Assembly (NCBI RefSeq): GCF_001194135.2
Contig: NC_068989.1
Location: 6,623,569 to 6,687,568 of the forward strand
Direction of reading: 5' to 3'
Source: Octopus bimaculoides
Taxonomy: Eukaryota
Length of the DNA: 64,000 bases
Both the position numbers and the translations under genes were made by a program. The notes beneath the pieces were generated by a model that saw nothing but the letters and a program-made list of their open reading frames with translations, made no database searches and was not told where the DNA came from. Shown here piece after piece: positions 51,250 to 64,000 of the stretch. Position 1 is the stretch's first letter; every line of letters starts with the position of its first letter.

Positions 51250-52122
51250 TTCTTGTTACCAATTTATTTTAATTCTTTTGTATTTTTCTTACATTTTGTG
51301 TTTTTGATTTTCTTCATACCTGAATAAATATTTACCATTTTCTAGTTTCTGTCAGAAACATTGATAAATTTCTATAAAATATATGCAATTCATAATTTTC
51401 CGCAACTTATGCAATGACTTGGTGTTTTCTAGTAGAATGTTAAAAATGATCGAGAACTCCTACCCGTGCCACACTCACCACCACCACTGCCGCCGCCGCA
51501 ACCCCACCACCAGCACCACTTAACTACGACCACTCACACTACTACGATGGCGACGATCACCACCGATACAGCTAAGCAAACAACAAGTAAATGAACAGGA
51601 ATGTAAAGAACAACTCAAAAACAAGTAAACGAAAAGGCCTAGACAAAAAAAAATGAAGTAATTTATCTTCACTAAAAGTCGAATAGTTGTGAAAAGTAAG
51701 AAGAATCGATTGGCATCGAATTTAGGGGTTTTAACGCTGAATTCGTTTATTCTCTCTGTATTTTTTTTTATTCTAAGAGGGTGTGTGGAAGAAAGCTTTT
51801 AAGGAAATGTGTTGGGAGAGGATACAGAGTGAATGGAGAGTTTGGACAGATAAGAAAAATGATGCAGATGGATAGAGGTTCCGTGGTTGGGGAGATAGAT
51901 AGATATATAGAGAGAAAGCAAGGGAGAGAGAGGGAGAGAGGGAAAGAGAATGAGAGAGAGGAGACGTAACTGTAAGAAGAATGGGGGAAATAAAACTAGT
52001 GTAAGACGCCGTAGTGCAAAGTTCACTGAGTAACTACGAGGTTGCAAGTTCTAATCCATTAGATGGCATATTAGTTTTCTTTCATTTTGACTTTTAAATA
52101 AATCACTTTCACACACACACAC

Positions 52123-52169
<47 letters not shown>

Positions 52170-52249
52170 GATGAAACGTGACAAATGTTGACTGCCTACA
52201 GTCACAAGTCTCACAGGGTCTCATTCTGCACATTATAAGCTTTGAAACT

Positions 52250-52352
52250 TGTACATTATTTACATTATTTACATTATTTACATTCGACGGATATTTACCC
52301 TCATCTTGTTTGTTGTTAACGTACATAATTCCTCATCTCTTAAATATAGAAC
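52250..52352. repeat. Collapsed inverted-repeat element end with (TACATTATT)n, copy 2
   Basis: See 46252-46333. The two halves face each other across an internal deletion. Confidence 0.7.
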
Positions 52353-52388
52353 CTTTGATGCTTGGTTATTAATCATCGTGGGCGGCAT

Positions 52389-52652
52389 TCAACACCCAAG
52401 TACCAATCTCAAAATCCTAGCTGTCCCCAGCAGAGCATTATTTTGAGCTTGCTCTGTTGTCATGTCAATACCGATTTCTCTGACATATCTCTCGAACTTG
52501 GTTGTTAGTGATCCGAGTCTCCTTACAAATACAGGAATGACAGACACTCTCCTCATAGTCCACGTTCTTGCAATTTCGTCAATTAGTAGTCTGTACTTTT
52601 CAATCTTTTCTAATTCTTTGTCTCTAACGCGTGCATCTCCAGATATAGCATC
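52389..52652 (-). mobile_element. R4/Dong-like LINE 3' end (REL C-terminus)
   Basis: Uninterrupted DAISGDARVRDKELEKIEKYRLLIDEIARTWTMRRVSVIPVFVRRLGSLTTKFERYVREIGIDMTTEQAQNNALLGTARILRLVLGC*. Confidence 0.88.
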
Positions 52653-53095
52653 TCCGCAGAATTTTCAGTTCGGAAAAGATTCATAAACAAGGAATATTTA
52701 CTTGGTTTTGTGTATGTTTAGCTAGCACAGCAAATTGAATTTGCCATACTAACTGTGGACAGATTGATATAAACATTTGTGATATTTTTCAATGTGAATT
52801 CATTATACATTGATCAATATTCAATGTAATCTCGTGTACTTGTAAGAAAATACACACAAAAGAGTGTGAAAATTACAAATATTGATATATATTAAAGTTC
52901 TTCGTATATATACAGAATATATACTATCCATATTTATAAACGGGGTTCAGGTATTTTCCATTTTACCAAATGACCAGGCAGTAATTCCGTAGAGTGTTAT
53001 TTGTGTTTAAAACCGGCTATATATGTCACGACCGATATAAACACAACATAATATACAAATGAATATAAATACATAAGTATATATACATATATATT

Positions 53096-53172
<77 letters not shown>

Positions 53173-53312
53173 ATTTATATAAGTACTTATGTATGTATGT
53201 GTGTATGCATGTATTTATAGAAGTATGTCAGATAGCATACAACATAATTCTTGATTTATTAAAATCATCTCCGCATCTAGATGATGTCACGATTAGCAAA
53301 TTGCGATATATA

Positions 53313-53345
<33 letters not shown>

Positions 53346-54176
53346 TATANNNNNNNNNNNNNNNNNNNNNNNNNNNNNNNNNNNNNNNNNNNNNNNNNNN
53401 NNNNNNNNNNNNNNNNNNNNNNNNNNNNNNNNNNNNNNNNNNNNNNNNNNNNNNNNNNNNNNNNNNNNNNNNNNNNNNNNNNNNNNNNNNNNNNNNNNNN
53501 NNNNNNNNNNNNNNNNNNNNNNNNNNNNNNNNNNNNNNNNNNNNNNNNNNNNNNNNNNNNNNNNNNNNNNNNNNNNNNNNNNNNNNNNNNNNNNNNNNNN
53601 NNNNNNNNNNNNNNNNNNNNNNNNNNNNNNNNNNNNNNNNNNNNNNNNNNNNNNNNNNNNNNNNNNNNNNNNNNNNNNNNNNNNNNNNNNNNNNNNNNNN
53701 NNNNNNNNNNNNNNNNNNNNNNNNNNNNNNNNNNNNNNNNNNNNNNNNNNNNNNNNNNNNNNNNNNNNNNNNNNNNNNNNNNNNNNNNNNNNNNNNNNNN
53801 NNNNNNNNNNNNNNNNNNNNNNNNNNNNNNNNNNNNNNNNNNNNNNNNNNNNNNNNNNNNNNNNNNNNNNNNNNNNNNNNNNNNNNNNNNNNNTATATAT
53901 ATATATATATATATATGTATAAAATAATTTACATATGTGTATATATGTATCATTGTGGCATATAGTAAATTTACATGACAGATTAAATCAAAGAGATATG
54001 TAGTACTCACTACAAATATAGTTGAGTGAACATATTTATTTCATGTTGATGACGTAACGTAATCACAACAGCGACTACGACACCGAGGCTCTGTGTTCAT
54101 GTGCTTTTGCTTACAAAGAGACCGAAATGCATATGTAAATAGGACTGTTGGCGTTTTGTTCGATATGTATATTAGC

Positions 54177-54245
<69 letters not shown>

Positions 54246-54734
54246 NNNNNNNNNNNNNNNNNNNNNNNNNNNNNNNNNNNNNNNNNNNNNNNNNNNNNNN
54301 NNNNNNNNNNNNNNNNNNNNNNNNNNNNNNNNNNNNNNNNNNNNNNNNNNNNNNNNNNNNNNNNNNNNNNNNNNNNNNNNNNNNNNNNNNNNNNNNNNNN
54401 NNNNNNNNNNNNNNNNNNNNNNNNNNNNNNNNNNNNNNNNNNNNNNNNNNNNNNNNNNNNNNNNNNNNNNNNNNNNNNNNNNNNNNNNNNNNNNNNNNNN
54501 NNNNNNNNNNNNNNNNNNNNNNNNNNNNNNNNNNNNNNNNNNNNNNNNNNNNNNNNNNNNNNNNNNNNNNNNNNNNNNNNNNNNNNNNNNNNNNNNNNNN
54601 NNNNNNNNNNNNNNNNNNNNNNNNNNNNNNNNNNNNNNNNNNNNNNNNNNNNNNNNNNNNNNNNNNNNNNNNNNNNNNNNNNNNNNNNNNNNNNNNNNNN
54701 NNNNNNNNNNNNNNNNNNNNNNNNNNNNNNNNNN

Positions 54735-54773
<39 letters not shown>

Positions 54774-55337
54774 TACATATATACACATACACACATGCAT
54801 AAATATATCCATACATATACCCATATTCCTATTTCTATATATGTGTGGGTGGGTGTGTGTGTGTATATATGAATGTGTGTATGTATAGATGAAAGGGTAA
54901 ATATATTATAGACTATATATTGAATATCGAATAACTTTCTCATTTCATATGCACACAAACACACACACACACGCGCACACACACGCACATACATACACAT
55001 GTCTACCCGCGTACCTAAATCCATTCATTTTCATGCGTACAGAAACACAGGAACATGTATATTATTGCATGTATGCCTACGTGTATGTATGCATGTATAC
55101 ATGAAGGATTATGATTGAATTTAGCTTTACTGCTTTCTTTTAAAGTTAGATAGTCTACCAATAAACCCCACTGCATGTTTACGTTTTTTTTCCTGAATAT
55201 TGTTTGTGTAGTTGTATAAACGAAAAGGATATAGAATACATGAGCGCATACGTATCTTTCTATCATTTTACCAATCTATATGTCTATCTAATACGCCATC
55301 TACCTTCGCCGGTGTATTTACTTACATACACAGGTAA

Positions 55338-55389
<52 letters not shown>

Positions 55390-56603
55390 ACATTCATACC
55401 TGCTTACATTCATGCATGCATAGATGCATATGTACATAAACATGCACATCAATAGCATATATATATACATACATACATATATATATATNNNNNNNNNNNN
55501 NNNNNNNNNNNNNNNNNNNNNNNNNNNNNNNNNNNNNNNNNNNNNNNNNNNNNNNNNNNNNNNNNNNNNNNNNNNNNNNNNNNNNNNNNNNNNNNNNNNN
55601 NNNNNNNNNNNNNNNNNNNNNNNNNNNNNNNNNNNNNNNNNNNNNNNNNNNNNNNNNNNNNNNNNNNNNNNNNNNNNNNNNNNNNNNNNNNNNNNNNNNN
55701 NNNNNNNNNNNNNNNNNNNNNNNNNNNNNNNNNNNNNNNNNNNNNNNNNNNNNNNNNNNNNNNNNNNNNNNNNNNNNNNNNNNNNNNNNNNNNNNNNNNN
55801 NNNNNNNNNNNNNNNNNNNNNNNNNNNNNNNNNNNNNNNNNNNNNNNNNNNNNNNNNNNNNNNNNNNNNNNNNNNNNNNNNNNNNNNNNNNNNNNNNNNN
55901 NNNNNNNNNNNNNNNNNNNNNNNNNNNNNNNNNNNNNNNNNNNNNNNNNNNNNNNNNNNNNNNNNNNNNNNNNNNNNNNNNNNNNNNNNNNNNNNNNNNN
56001 NNNNNNNNNNNNNNNNNNNNNNNNNNNNNNNNNNNNNNNNNNNNNNNNNNNNNNNNNNNNNNNNNNNNNNNNNNNNNNNNNNNNNNNNNNNNNNNNNNNN
56101 NNNNNNNNNNNNNNNNNNNNNNNNNNNNNNNNNNNNNNNNNNNNNNNNNNNNNNNNNNNNNNNTATGCATTATTATTAGATTAGTGATGAAGTTACCATC
56201 ATAGAAATACTAAATAATTGCATTAGATTAGATGCAGGGGAAAATGACAAAGACCGGTAGGAGGTTAGATGTATCCAGAGAGTCATTGAACAGGGTAAGC
56301 TCTTAAGTTAGAAGCATCGCAACGGGTTATCCGTCTGATTCATGAATTTGTTGGTATTTTTTCCCGTCAGTTTATCGCTAAAGACAATGGGTACCATTTT
56401 GTATGAGTATATACACATACAAAAATTACGGGTGCCTTTAAACTACACCCTCTTACATATAGATCTATCTATCTATCTATCTGTCTGTCTATCTATCTAT
56501 CTATTTATCCATCCATCCATCTCTCTCTCTCTGTCTATCTATCTGCCTGTCTGTCAGTCCACCTGTCCCTCCATCTGTCTGTCTGTCTGTCTGGCTGTGT
56601 GAA

Positions 56604-56740
56604 AGCACGTAGTCAAGTGATTCGGTGTGCTGCGCTCAAGATCGTGAGATCGTTGGTTCGATTCTCAGACTGGCTGTGCACCGTATTCTTGAGCAAACCT
56701 CTTTATTTAATGTTGCCTCGGTCCATTCTTTTGTAAATGG
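56604..56740 (+). mobile_element. SINE D-like head/body
   Basis: GGTTCGATTCTC B-box, GTATTCTTGAGCAA...GTAAATGGGTA; resembles the 31697 body. Confidence 0.6.
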
Positions 56741-57764
56741 GTAATAGACGTATATACAGATACACATTTGTAAATTTATACACATCTATACATGTCTACA
56801 GATGCAGAGGCACACTGATATATGCATATACAGATGCTCACACCCGCAAATATCTCCTTGCCAACATTTAATCTCGTATCGATTTCCATTTTAGGAAGCA
56901 TTTCTGCACTTAAAACCAAATATAATCTTTCAAACACAACGTAGTACTATTCCAAGGATCGTAATTACTGACACTTGTTCAATATTAATACGTAAATTTT
57001 CACACGTCTCTGAAGGATTCACAATACGATTTGACACAATCATTTACATAACATAAATATTAATCGCTTTTGTTCACGAAACGTACGTAAGGTTGGTGTG
57101 ACTAAGTAAACAATCATAAACAATCTACAGGATTGTTTCTTTATAGATGTTAAAATAGAGACAGACAGTGAGGAAGAAGATAAATAGGGAGAGAGATTAA
57201 TGCTCACACATTTAGACATGTACGTGTCGGTGTATAACGTACGCACACTCACACTCAGGTGGACAATGTCCTACAGCTAACCAAAAGAAAAGGTCGAGGT
57301 CATATAAGTTAGAAAAAAGTCGAGTACATATACTCTACCTTTGTTGCCTTCCTTTTCCTTATCTTCTTTCCTTGTCCTTCCATGATACGATTTATATATT
57401 AAAATCACTTCTTCAACTTTCTAAGACATCTCAACGCTTCTAAAAGCACACTTCGTTTGCTTGTTTACGTTCATCGTAATTTGAATTTTATATATTTATT
57501 GTTTTCATGGGTTTTTATTAATTTCAACGATCCCACGATTTATTCAACAAGATCCGCTGTTTCCAAGTCTGTGAACAAGATTCATTTAGTCATTTTTCCT
57601 TATTTCCTTTGATTGGTGGTTATGGAAACATAAAACTCCAGCTAAAATTTTTATGATTTTTACAGCTTCCAGAAATATCCTATGTCACTTCATTTTTGAG
57701 TAGTCTGTCTTTTGATTCTTGTTCGCGGTTATGTACTTGCATAAATATATATATATATATATAT

Positions 57765-57805
57765 ATATACGACGGGCTTGTTTCTGTTTCCGTCTACCAA
57801 CTCCA
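57765..57805 (-). mobile_element. SINE B fragment
   Basis: CGACGGGCTTGTTTCTGTTTCCGTCTACCAA. Confidence 0.75.
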
Positions 57806-57869
57806 ATCACAGATCGTATAAAAAATATACCGAGTTAATTACAATAAACATACTGTTTTAGATGCGTTT

Positions 57870-58120
57870 GTTTCTTAAGTCCCTGTGTAAAATGTCTTTG
57901 GACAACTTTCTCGAATTATATTTTGTTATTGAAAGAATTTGTCCCAAATCCCCAATATAATAAATACACTGTTCTGTATTAAAACGCGTAAACCACTCCT
58001 GATTCCAGAATATCTGTGGCTTTTTAACCAAAACGTTTTACATTCAGTTCTCAAAATGAATATGCTTTGAACCGGTAATCTGAATAAACAAACACTTGTA
58101 GACACACACGTAGACATTTA
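57870..58120 (-). mobile_element. Possible PLE GIY-YIG relic
   Basis: Minus strand reads ESGVVYAF* (57988-58002), then frameshifted CIYYIG (~57951-57968): both halves of a GIY-YIG-like motif at plausible spacing. Confidence 0.45.
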
Positions 58121-58521
58121 TACATTCTAAATTATACCAGCAAAGAGACGAACTTTTCTGAACTGTTTTCTTTTTTTAACTGTCCCAATAAAATAAATTG
58201 CTCCATTATGATAATTGTGTTTTGAGCATTTTTTCTTCTTTATTTTTGCTTTTATCATGTTGCTTGCCTCCTGACTATTTTATTAATGCACAACATTGGT
58301 AAACATTTATGCCATTTCTTAGCAACGACTTCTCCACTTTGTTTTATTATTCTTTAGAATAATTTTGGTTATGCTTTGTCTTTCGACAGAATTTATCTTC
58401 TGGTTCTCAAAAAATTTCTGCTTTATTTTTGCAGCCTTTCACTTCTTGTAGCAGTTGTTTACAAGCAGTCTCTTCGCCAATAATATAATAATTCTTCTGT
58501 GTATGTGCGCGTCAGCATACG

Positions 58522-58571
<50 letters not shown>

Positions 58572-58986
58572 NNNNNNNNNNNNNNNNNNNNNNNNNNNNN
58601 NNNNNNNNNNNNNNNNNNNNNNNNNNNNNNNNNNNNNNNNNNNNNNNNNNNNNNNNNNNNNNNNNNNNNNNNNNNNNNNNNNNNNNNNNNNNNNNNNNNN
58701 NNNNNNNNNNNNNNNNNNNNNNNNNNNNNNNNNNNNNNNNNNNNNNNNNNNNNNNNNNNNNNNNNNNNNNNNNNNNNNNNNNNNNNNNNNNNNNNNNNNN
58801 NNNNNNNNNNNNNNNNNNNNNNNNNNNNNNNNNNNNNNNNNNNNNNNNNNNNNNNNNNNNNNNNNNNNNNNNNNNNNNNNNNNNNNNNNNNNNNNNNNNN
58901 NNNNNNNNNNNNNNNNNNNNNNNNNNNNNNNNNNNNNNNNNNNNNNNNNNNNNNNNNNNNNNNNNNNNNNNNNNNNNNNNNNNNNN

Positions 58987-59019
<33 letters not shown>

Positions 59020-60019
59020 TATTCACTGTCTGGAATTGAACTCGGAATCTTGGAGTGCCTTGTTTGTAATTAAACTCAACCGTGTTCACTCAACCGTGTC
59101 GTTCTTCATTTTAGGCGGAAAATATACTGTCACGTGACACTAATACACAGACGTAGCGCTAAACGTACATAAGATTATAAACTAAATCATGTGTTCGATC
59201 TCTACGGACACTTGTCAGAAAACATTCAGAGCATTGATTGTATGGACATGTTCAGTCAACCGTGTCAGCCTTAACTTATGACGCCAAACATCGTCACTAG
59301 ATACCAACACACGGACGTAGTAGGGAACCTACAACAATTTCTAAGACCACTCATGTGACTATCTTCTATCAATAACCTCCTATTCGCATAGAGTGTGCAT
59401 CAGAATTATTCAGATAAAACTTGGAAGAGAATGCGCGGTGTTCAATCATATAATAATATAAATAATATATATATATATATATANNNNNNNNNNNNNNNNN
59501 NNNNNNNNNNNNNNNNNNNNNNNNNNNNNNNNNNNNNNNNNNNNNNNNNNNNNNNNNNNNNNNNNNNNNNNNNNNNNNNNNNNNNNNNNNNNNNNNNNNN
59601 NNNNNNNNNNNNNNNNNNNNNNNNNNNNNNNNNNNNNNNNNNNNNNNNNNNNNNNNNNNNNNNNNNNNNNNNNNNNNNNNNNNNNNNNNNNNNNNNNNNN
59701 NNNNNNNNNNNNNNNNNNNNNNNNNNNNNNNNNNNNNNNNNNNNNNNNNNNNNNNNNNNNNNNNNNNNNNNNNNNNNNNNNNNNNNNNNNNNNNNNNNNN
59801 NNNNNNNNNNNNNNNNNNNNNNNNNNNNNNNNNNNNNNNNNNNNNNNNNNNNNNNNNNNNNNNNNNNNNNNNNNNNNNNNNNNNNNNNNNNNNNNNNNNN
59901 NNNNNNNNNNNNNNNNNNNNNNNNNNNNNNNNNNNNNNNNNNNNNNNNNNNNNNNNNNNNNNNNNNNNNNNNNNNNNNNNNNNNNNNNNNNNNNNNNNNN
60001 NNNNNNNNNNNNNNNNNNN

Positions 60020-60058
<39 letters not shown>

Positions 60059-60810
60059 ATATATATTTACTCTTAGGCATTCACGTGAATATATGTATTG
60101 TGTTATTTCCTTTAAGACATTTTACTTAATAATTCGCAGCAGACATGTTTGAAAGTGTCACTGTAAATGTTATACGCATATATATATATATATATATGTA
60201 TGTGTGTTTACATGTGTACGTATATGTGCTTGTATATTTATATTCAGAAATAAGAAAATTTGGAATTCTTTAGAGTATTATCACGTATGCAACAGAAACC
60301 GAGATTCAAAAATACAGTTAAACCACACTGACTGACTCTGACATAAAGTCATGTCTTTTCACTAGTGATGCTCATTTGAAGTTATCTAAATTTGCGCCTT
60401 GAGTACCGTGGTCTAGAGATATTTTTTTATCCAGTACGAGAGAGCACGGACTTCCATATTCAAATACATTTCTTCTTTGACAATGCTCGATACGTTGAAG
60501 CACCATTTAGCTAGAAGTACGTTTGTTTGCTTACGTGTATGGTAATGCTGAAAAAAAAACTAAGAGCTAAATGCGTTAGAAGGAGTATATCCATTCACCT
60601 ATTCATACATATATGCATACATACATACATATATATATATATATATGTATGTATCTGTGTGTGTGCATATATATACATAAATATATATATGCGTATATAT
60701 ATGTGTGTATATATTACATACAAAAATAAGAGGAATGACCAGCAAAAGTGGACTCCTATGTGTGTATATATATATATATATGCATATATATATGCATATA
60801 TATATATGCA

Positions 60811-60949
<139 letters not shown>

Positions 60950-60957
60950 ATGTGTGT

Positions 60958-60993
<36 letters not shown>

Positions 60994-61807
60994 ATGCATA
61001 TGTATGTATATGTGTATGTACATAGATGTATATATTTGAGCATGTCCCTCCTTATAAGTATGTGGAGTAAAACAGAATTACAAACGAGCGAGTGGTCCAT
61101 TCACGTAATTGCACTGGATTTAGACGGATATTAGTAACAAGACATCGGCACCATCAGTTACATATCAGTTACAATAACCCCCACCAAAAGAAAAAATATT
61201 AAAAGGAGCGACACACTTTGGAAATAGATTACATCCTTGTCATAAAAGCAGGAATCGATTACTTTAGATCAGAAGTGACGCAAAAACACAAACTAAACTT
61301 ACATCCCTTACAAATGTCATTTTGCGCCATACCTATTTAATCATTAAATCAGATATGATTTTAAATATAGCAAAATATGGAGAAATTACATAAAACGTTC
61401 GAAGCTAAGATTAGCGAAACCGGATCCAAGTCAGTTTCCTATACTACAAAAAACTAATTTTGATCACAAAACTCCAAACTCTTTATACTAAAATCTTTTT
61501 CTATGCAAAAGACTCGAAGCAATATGTGACTCCTTGTTTTTCTTTGTCGCCTTCCATCCTTCTCAATTTTGTTATATATGTTTATATAAATTATATATGA
61601 CAAACTCCCCTTAAAAATATAATTTGATTTGAAATGCGATATGAAAACATTTATTCTGGAAAAACCTATCTTTATATTTTTATTTTCATACATATAAACA
61701 CATAGAATAAAATTATTCTCCACTCCTGTTAAAAATATAAACTTGATCTCATTACACAATATGTATAAGAAAATTTTATGCATATTCAACATTTTTCGGT
61801 ATTTGTA

Positions 61808-61839
<32 letters not shown>

Positions 61840-62089
61840 ATATGTGTGCGTAAGTACATATATATGTGTGTGCGTATGCGTATGTATGTATTTATGTATG
61901 TATGTATGTGTGTATATATGCATGAATAGGTGCAAAGGTGGATATACTCTTTTCAAAGTATTTAGCTCTAACTTTTCCAGCATTACCATGTATGTAGACA
62001 AATACACTACAAACTAACGCTGCTTCCATATATCGTGCGTTCACAACTAAGATATCTGTTTGTATCTGGAAGTACCCTTTCTCTCGTAC

Positions 62090-63975
62090 TTGGCAAAAAA
62101 CATCTCAATGACATGAAGCAAGATCTACATAATTTAACAAAGTGGAAAACGTTATCAAAAATGCGCTAGAAATCATCCTTTCATAAAAAAAAAATCATGG
62201 AACTATTCTAGCGGAACTATTGGATACAAACAGCAAAGCAACGGTTAAAATATGCAGTAGTGTTTTTGAGTTTAACTGATATTTGACTCCCCAGCCATTA
62301 AGAACTCGAAATATATACATTTTCAGAAAGACAAGAATGCCGATACAAAATTCAGAGAAAAACATACGGTAAGCACTTAATGGAAATTATCATACAAACG
62401 TATTAAAACGTTAGCGCAAAAGTTAACACAAACCAGAAATATAACATTAAGAACGGGCGAAATTAATATCCACGAAATTTAGAGACGAATGTGTTGTGTT
62501 TAACCAAACATAAAGGAAACAGAATCTTTGAAAATCACAAGGACTTTATCACTAATAAAAATGCATGCTGATAGAAGTTGCTATGAGTAGGCATGGAAAA
62601 ATTAGTATAGACGTACGAAACAGCATTTGTGTTAAAATTTGAAACGCAAATACATTGCGACAATGGAATGGTACTAGCACTTTCGTTAAGTGGTTTAGCA
62701 ACATTTTGAATCAAAATAGATTCATTCATAACATTCACTTGATATATTTACTTAATTATTGTCGAATTCAATTTGACTATTTCCAGTTACTCCTCCATAA
62801 TTTCTTGGAATTTAGCGTGCGACGTTGAGATATTGATGGCACCGATTTTATAAAATTCTGCACTCTGTGAATCTACTAATTTTCCATAGAAACTCAGCAT
62901 GTGGGATAAATATTAATACTTCATTTGCTATCTCAATGGGTTACATTGACAGGGAGAGCGTCTGCGATCTAGCTGTGTTATTCACCTTTAACATGATTAG
63001 ATCTCTTTTCAGTACTTTAGACATATGCTTTCTAAACGGAGACGGTTTCTCTCTATTTCTGGAAAAACCTAATTTGAAAATTTAAAGAAGTAGAACTTGC
63101 TATCACCTTTACAACAAACATAACCACAGCGAAATGTCTTCACATCACTCTCGATGTAAACATTTAAATGCAAACGATGTTGAGAACAACCCAAATATAA
63201 TTTTGAAGAAACTTCACAGCAATATTTGCGGAAGGAATTCCAAAATTTCCTCTGAGAAATGACATTAAATACTGCAAACCAATCTCATCTCTTCAACAAA
63301 GCACTAGAAATAAAGTAGATTTCGGGAGTAATATAGAATTTATCTCTATGCCTGAACCACTACCAGCTAAAGAAGCCAAAAAACCGTACCCATAAATTAA
63401 TCTGATTTACTCGCTATAAAGCGTCAATGTGAAATACAAAACTGCCTAGAACTTCTTGAATAGAATTTGAAAACACTTCTACACATGATGCAAATAATCT
63501 AAATTGTATAACATGTAACAGTAGCATTACAAAATATAGGAAACGTCATAGTAATTTGTCGGTGTCTTAATTGAAAAGTGGCCGCCCCGACCCGAAACAT
63601 TTAATAAGGCCCACACATCGATCACTCCATATCCCGTGAAGCTTTACACGAAGAGTATCAATACTCCGAGTAACAGCATCGACAAAACGATTTATGTAAT
63701 GCTCAGTCATTAATTACCAAACTGACCCAGGAAACATGTGATCCCTCAGATAATACATTGGCATGCGCGAAGGACATTTGAAGAGAGTTGTAATTAAACC
63801 ACAAATTTTAGCTACACAGACAAGAGACATAATGGGACTTGAAAGATCAGGTAATTTGTTTTGTGTAAGATTTTGTCCCAAACAAGGTTTGAAACTACTT
63901 TAGCGTAAGAGACTATAAAAAAGGGGGAAGATGTCTATTGACAGAAAAAGGGCTGAATATCATAGAACAGTGCTA
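62090..63975 (+). mobile_element. Decayed Penelope-like element (PLE): reverse transcriptase + GIY-YIG endonuclease, with many stops and frameshifts
   Basis: Manual translation gives PLE motifs in the expected order: ENHKDF..NKNAC (~62530), QWNGTSTFVKWFSNI (62661), LLIFH..FAISMGYIDRESVCDL (~62875-62960; FDVTMGS.DGAEVCEL-like), LNGDG (63032; dead YRDDG), KFKEVELAITFTTN..LHITLD, NPNIILKK..SKISSE, SVNVK...NFLNRI*KHF (~63420-63480), YIGM.EG (63754), CLLTEK (~63940). The 5' boundary is approximate. Confidence 0.85.
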
Positions 63976-64000
63976 TATATATATATATATATATATATAT

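Noticed and set aside
15330-60129. 200-435-aa ORFs containing X runs
   Set aside because: They span assembly N gaps; there is no coding evidence.

Overview
AT-rich eukaryotic draft-assembly DNA with many N gaps, most of them bordered by (TA)n or (CA)n. The repeat set resembles an octopod (coleoid cephalopod) genome; that assignment is from recall of the SINE families, not a search. I cannot support any intact host protein-coding gene, tRNA/rRNA gene or CRISPR array, and almost all long six-frame ORFs are translated microsatellites or N runs. What the window does contain: (i) about 40 copies or fragments of four tRNA-headed SINE families (here A-D) that share modules; (ii) five fragments of R4/Dong-type REL-endonuclease LINEs, several sitting in (TAA)n; (iii) a decayed ~1.9-kb Penelope-like element (RT + GIY-YIG) at the right end and two more GIY-YIG relics; (iv) several palindromic non-coding units, some with decayed hammerhead-ribozyme cores on opposite strands; (v) a near-perfect ~300-bp foldback at 48.3-48.7 kb; (vi) a 129-bp direct repeat flanking a full-length SINE. 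The best leads are the dual-polarity hammerhead-like palindromes (36.1 and 25.6 kb), the 48.3-kb hairpin, the divergent-ATG palindromic family (8.2 and 18.0 kb) and the 129-bp TSD-like duplication. None is shown here to be a new system.
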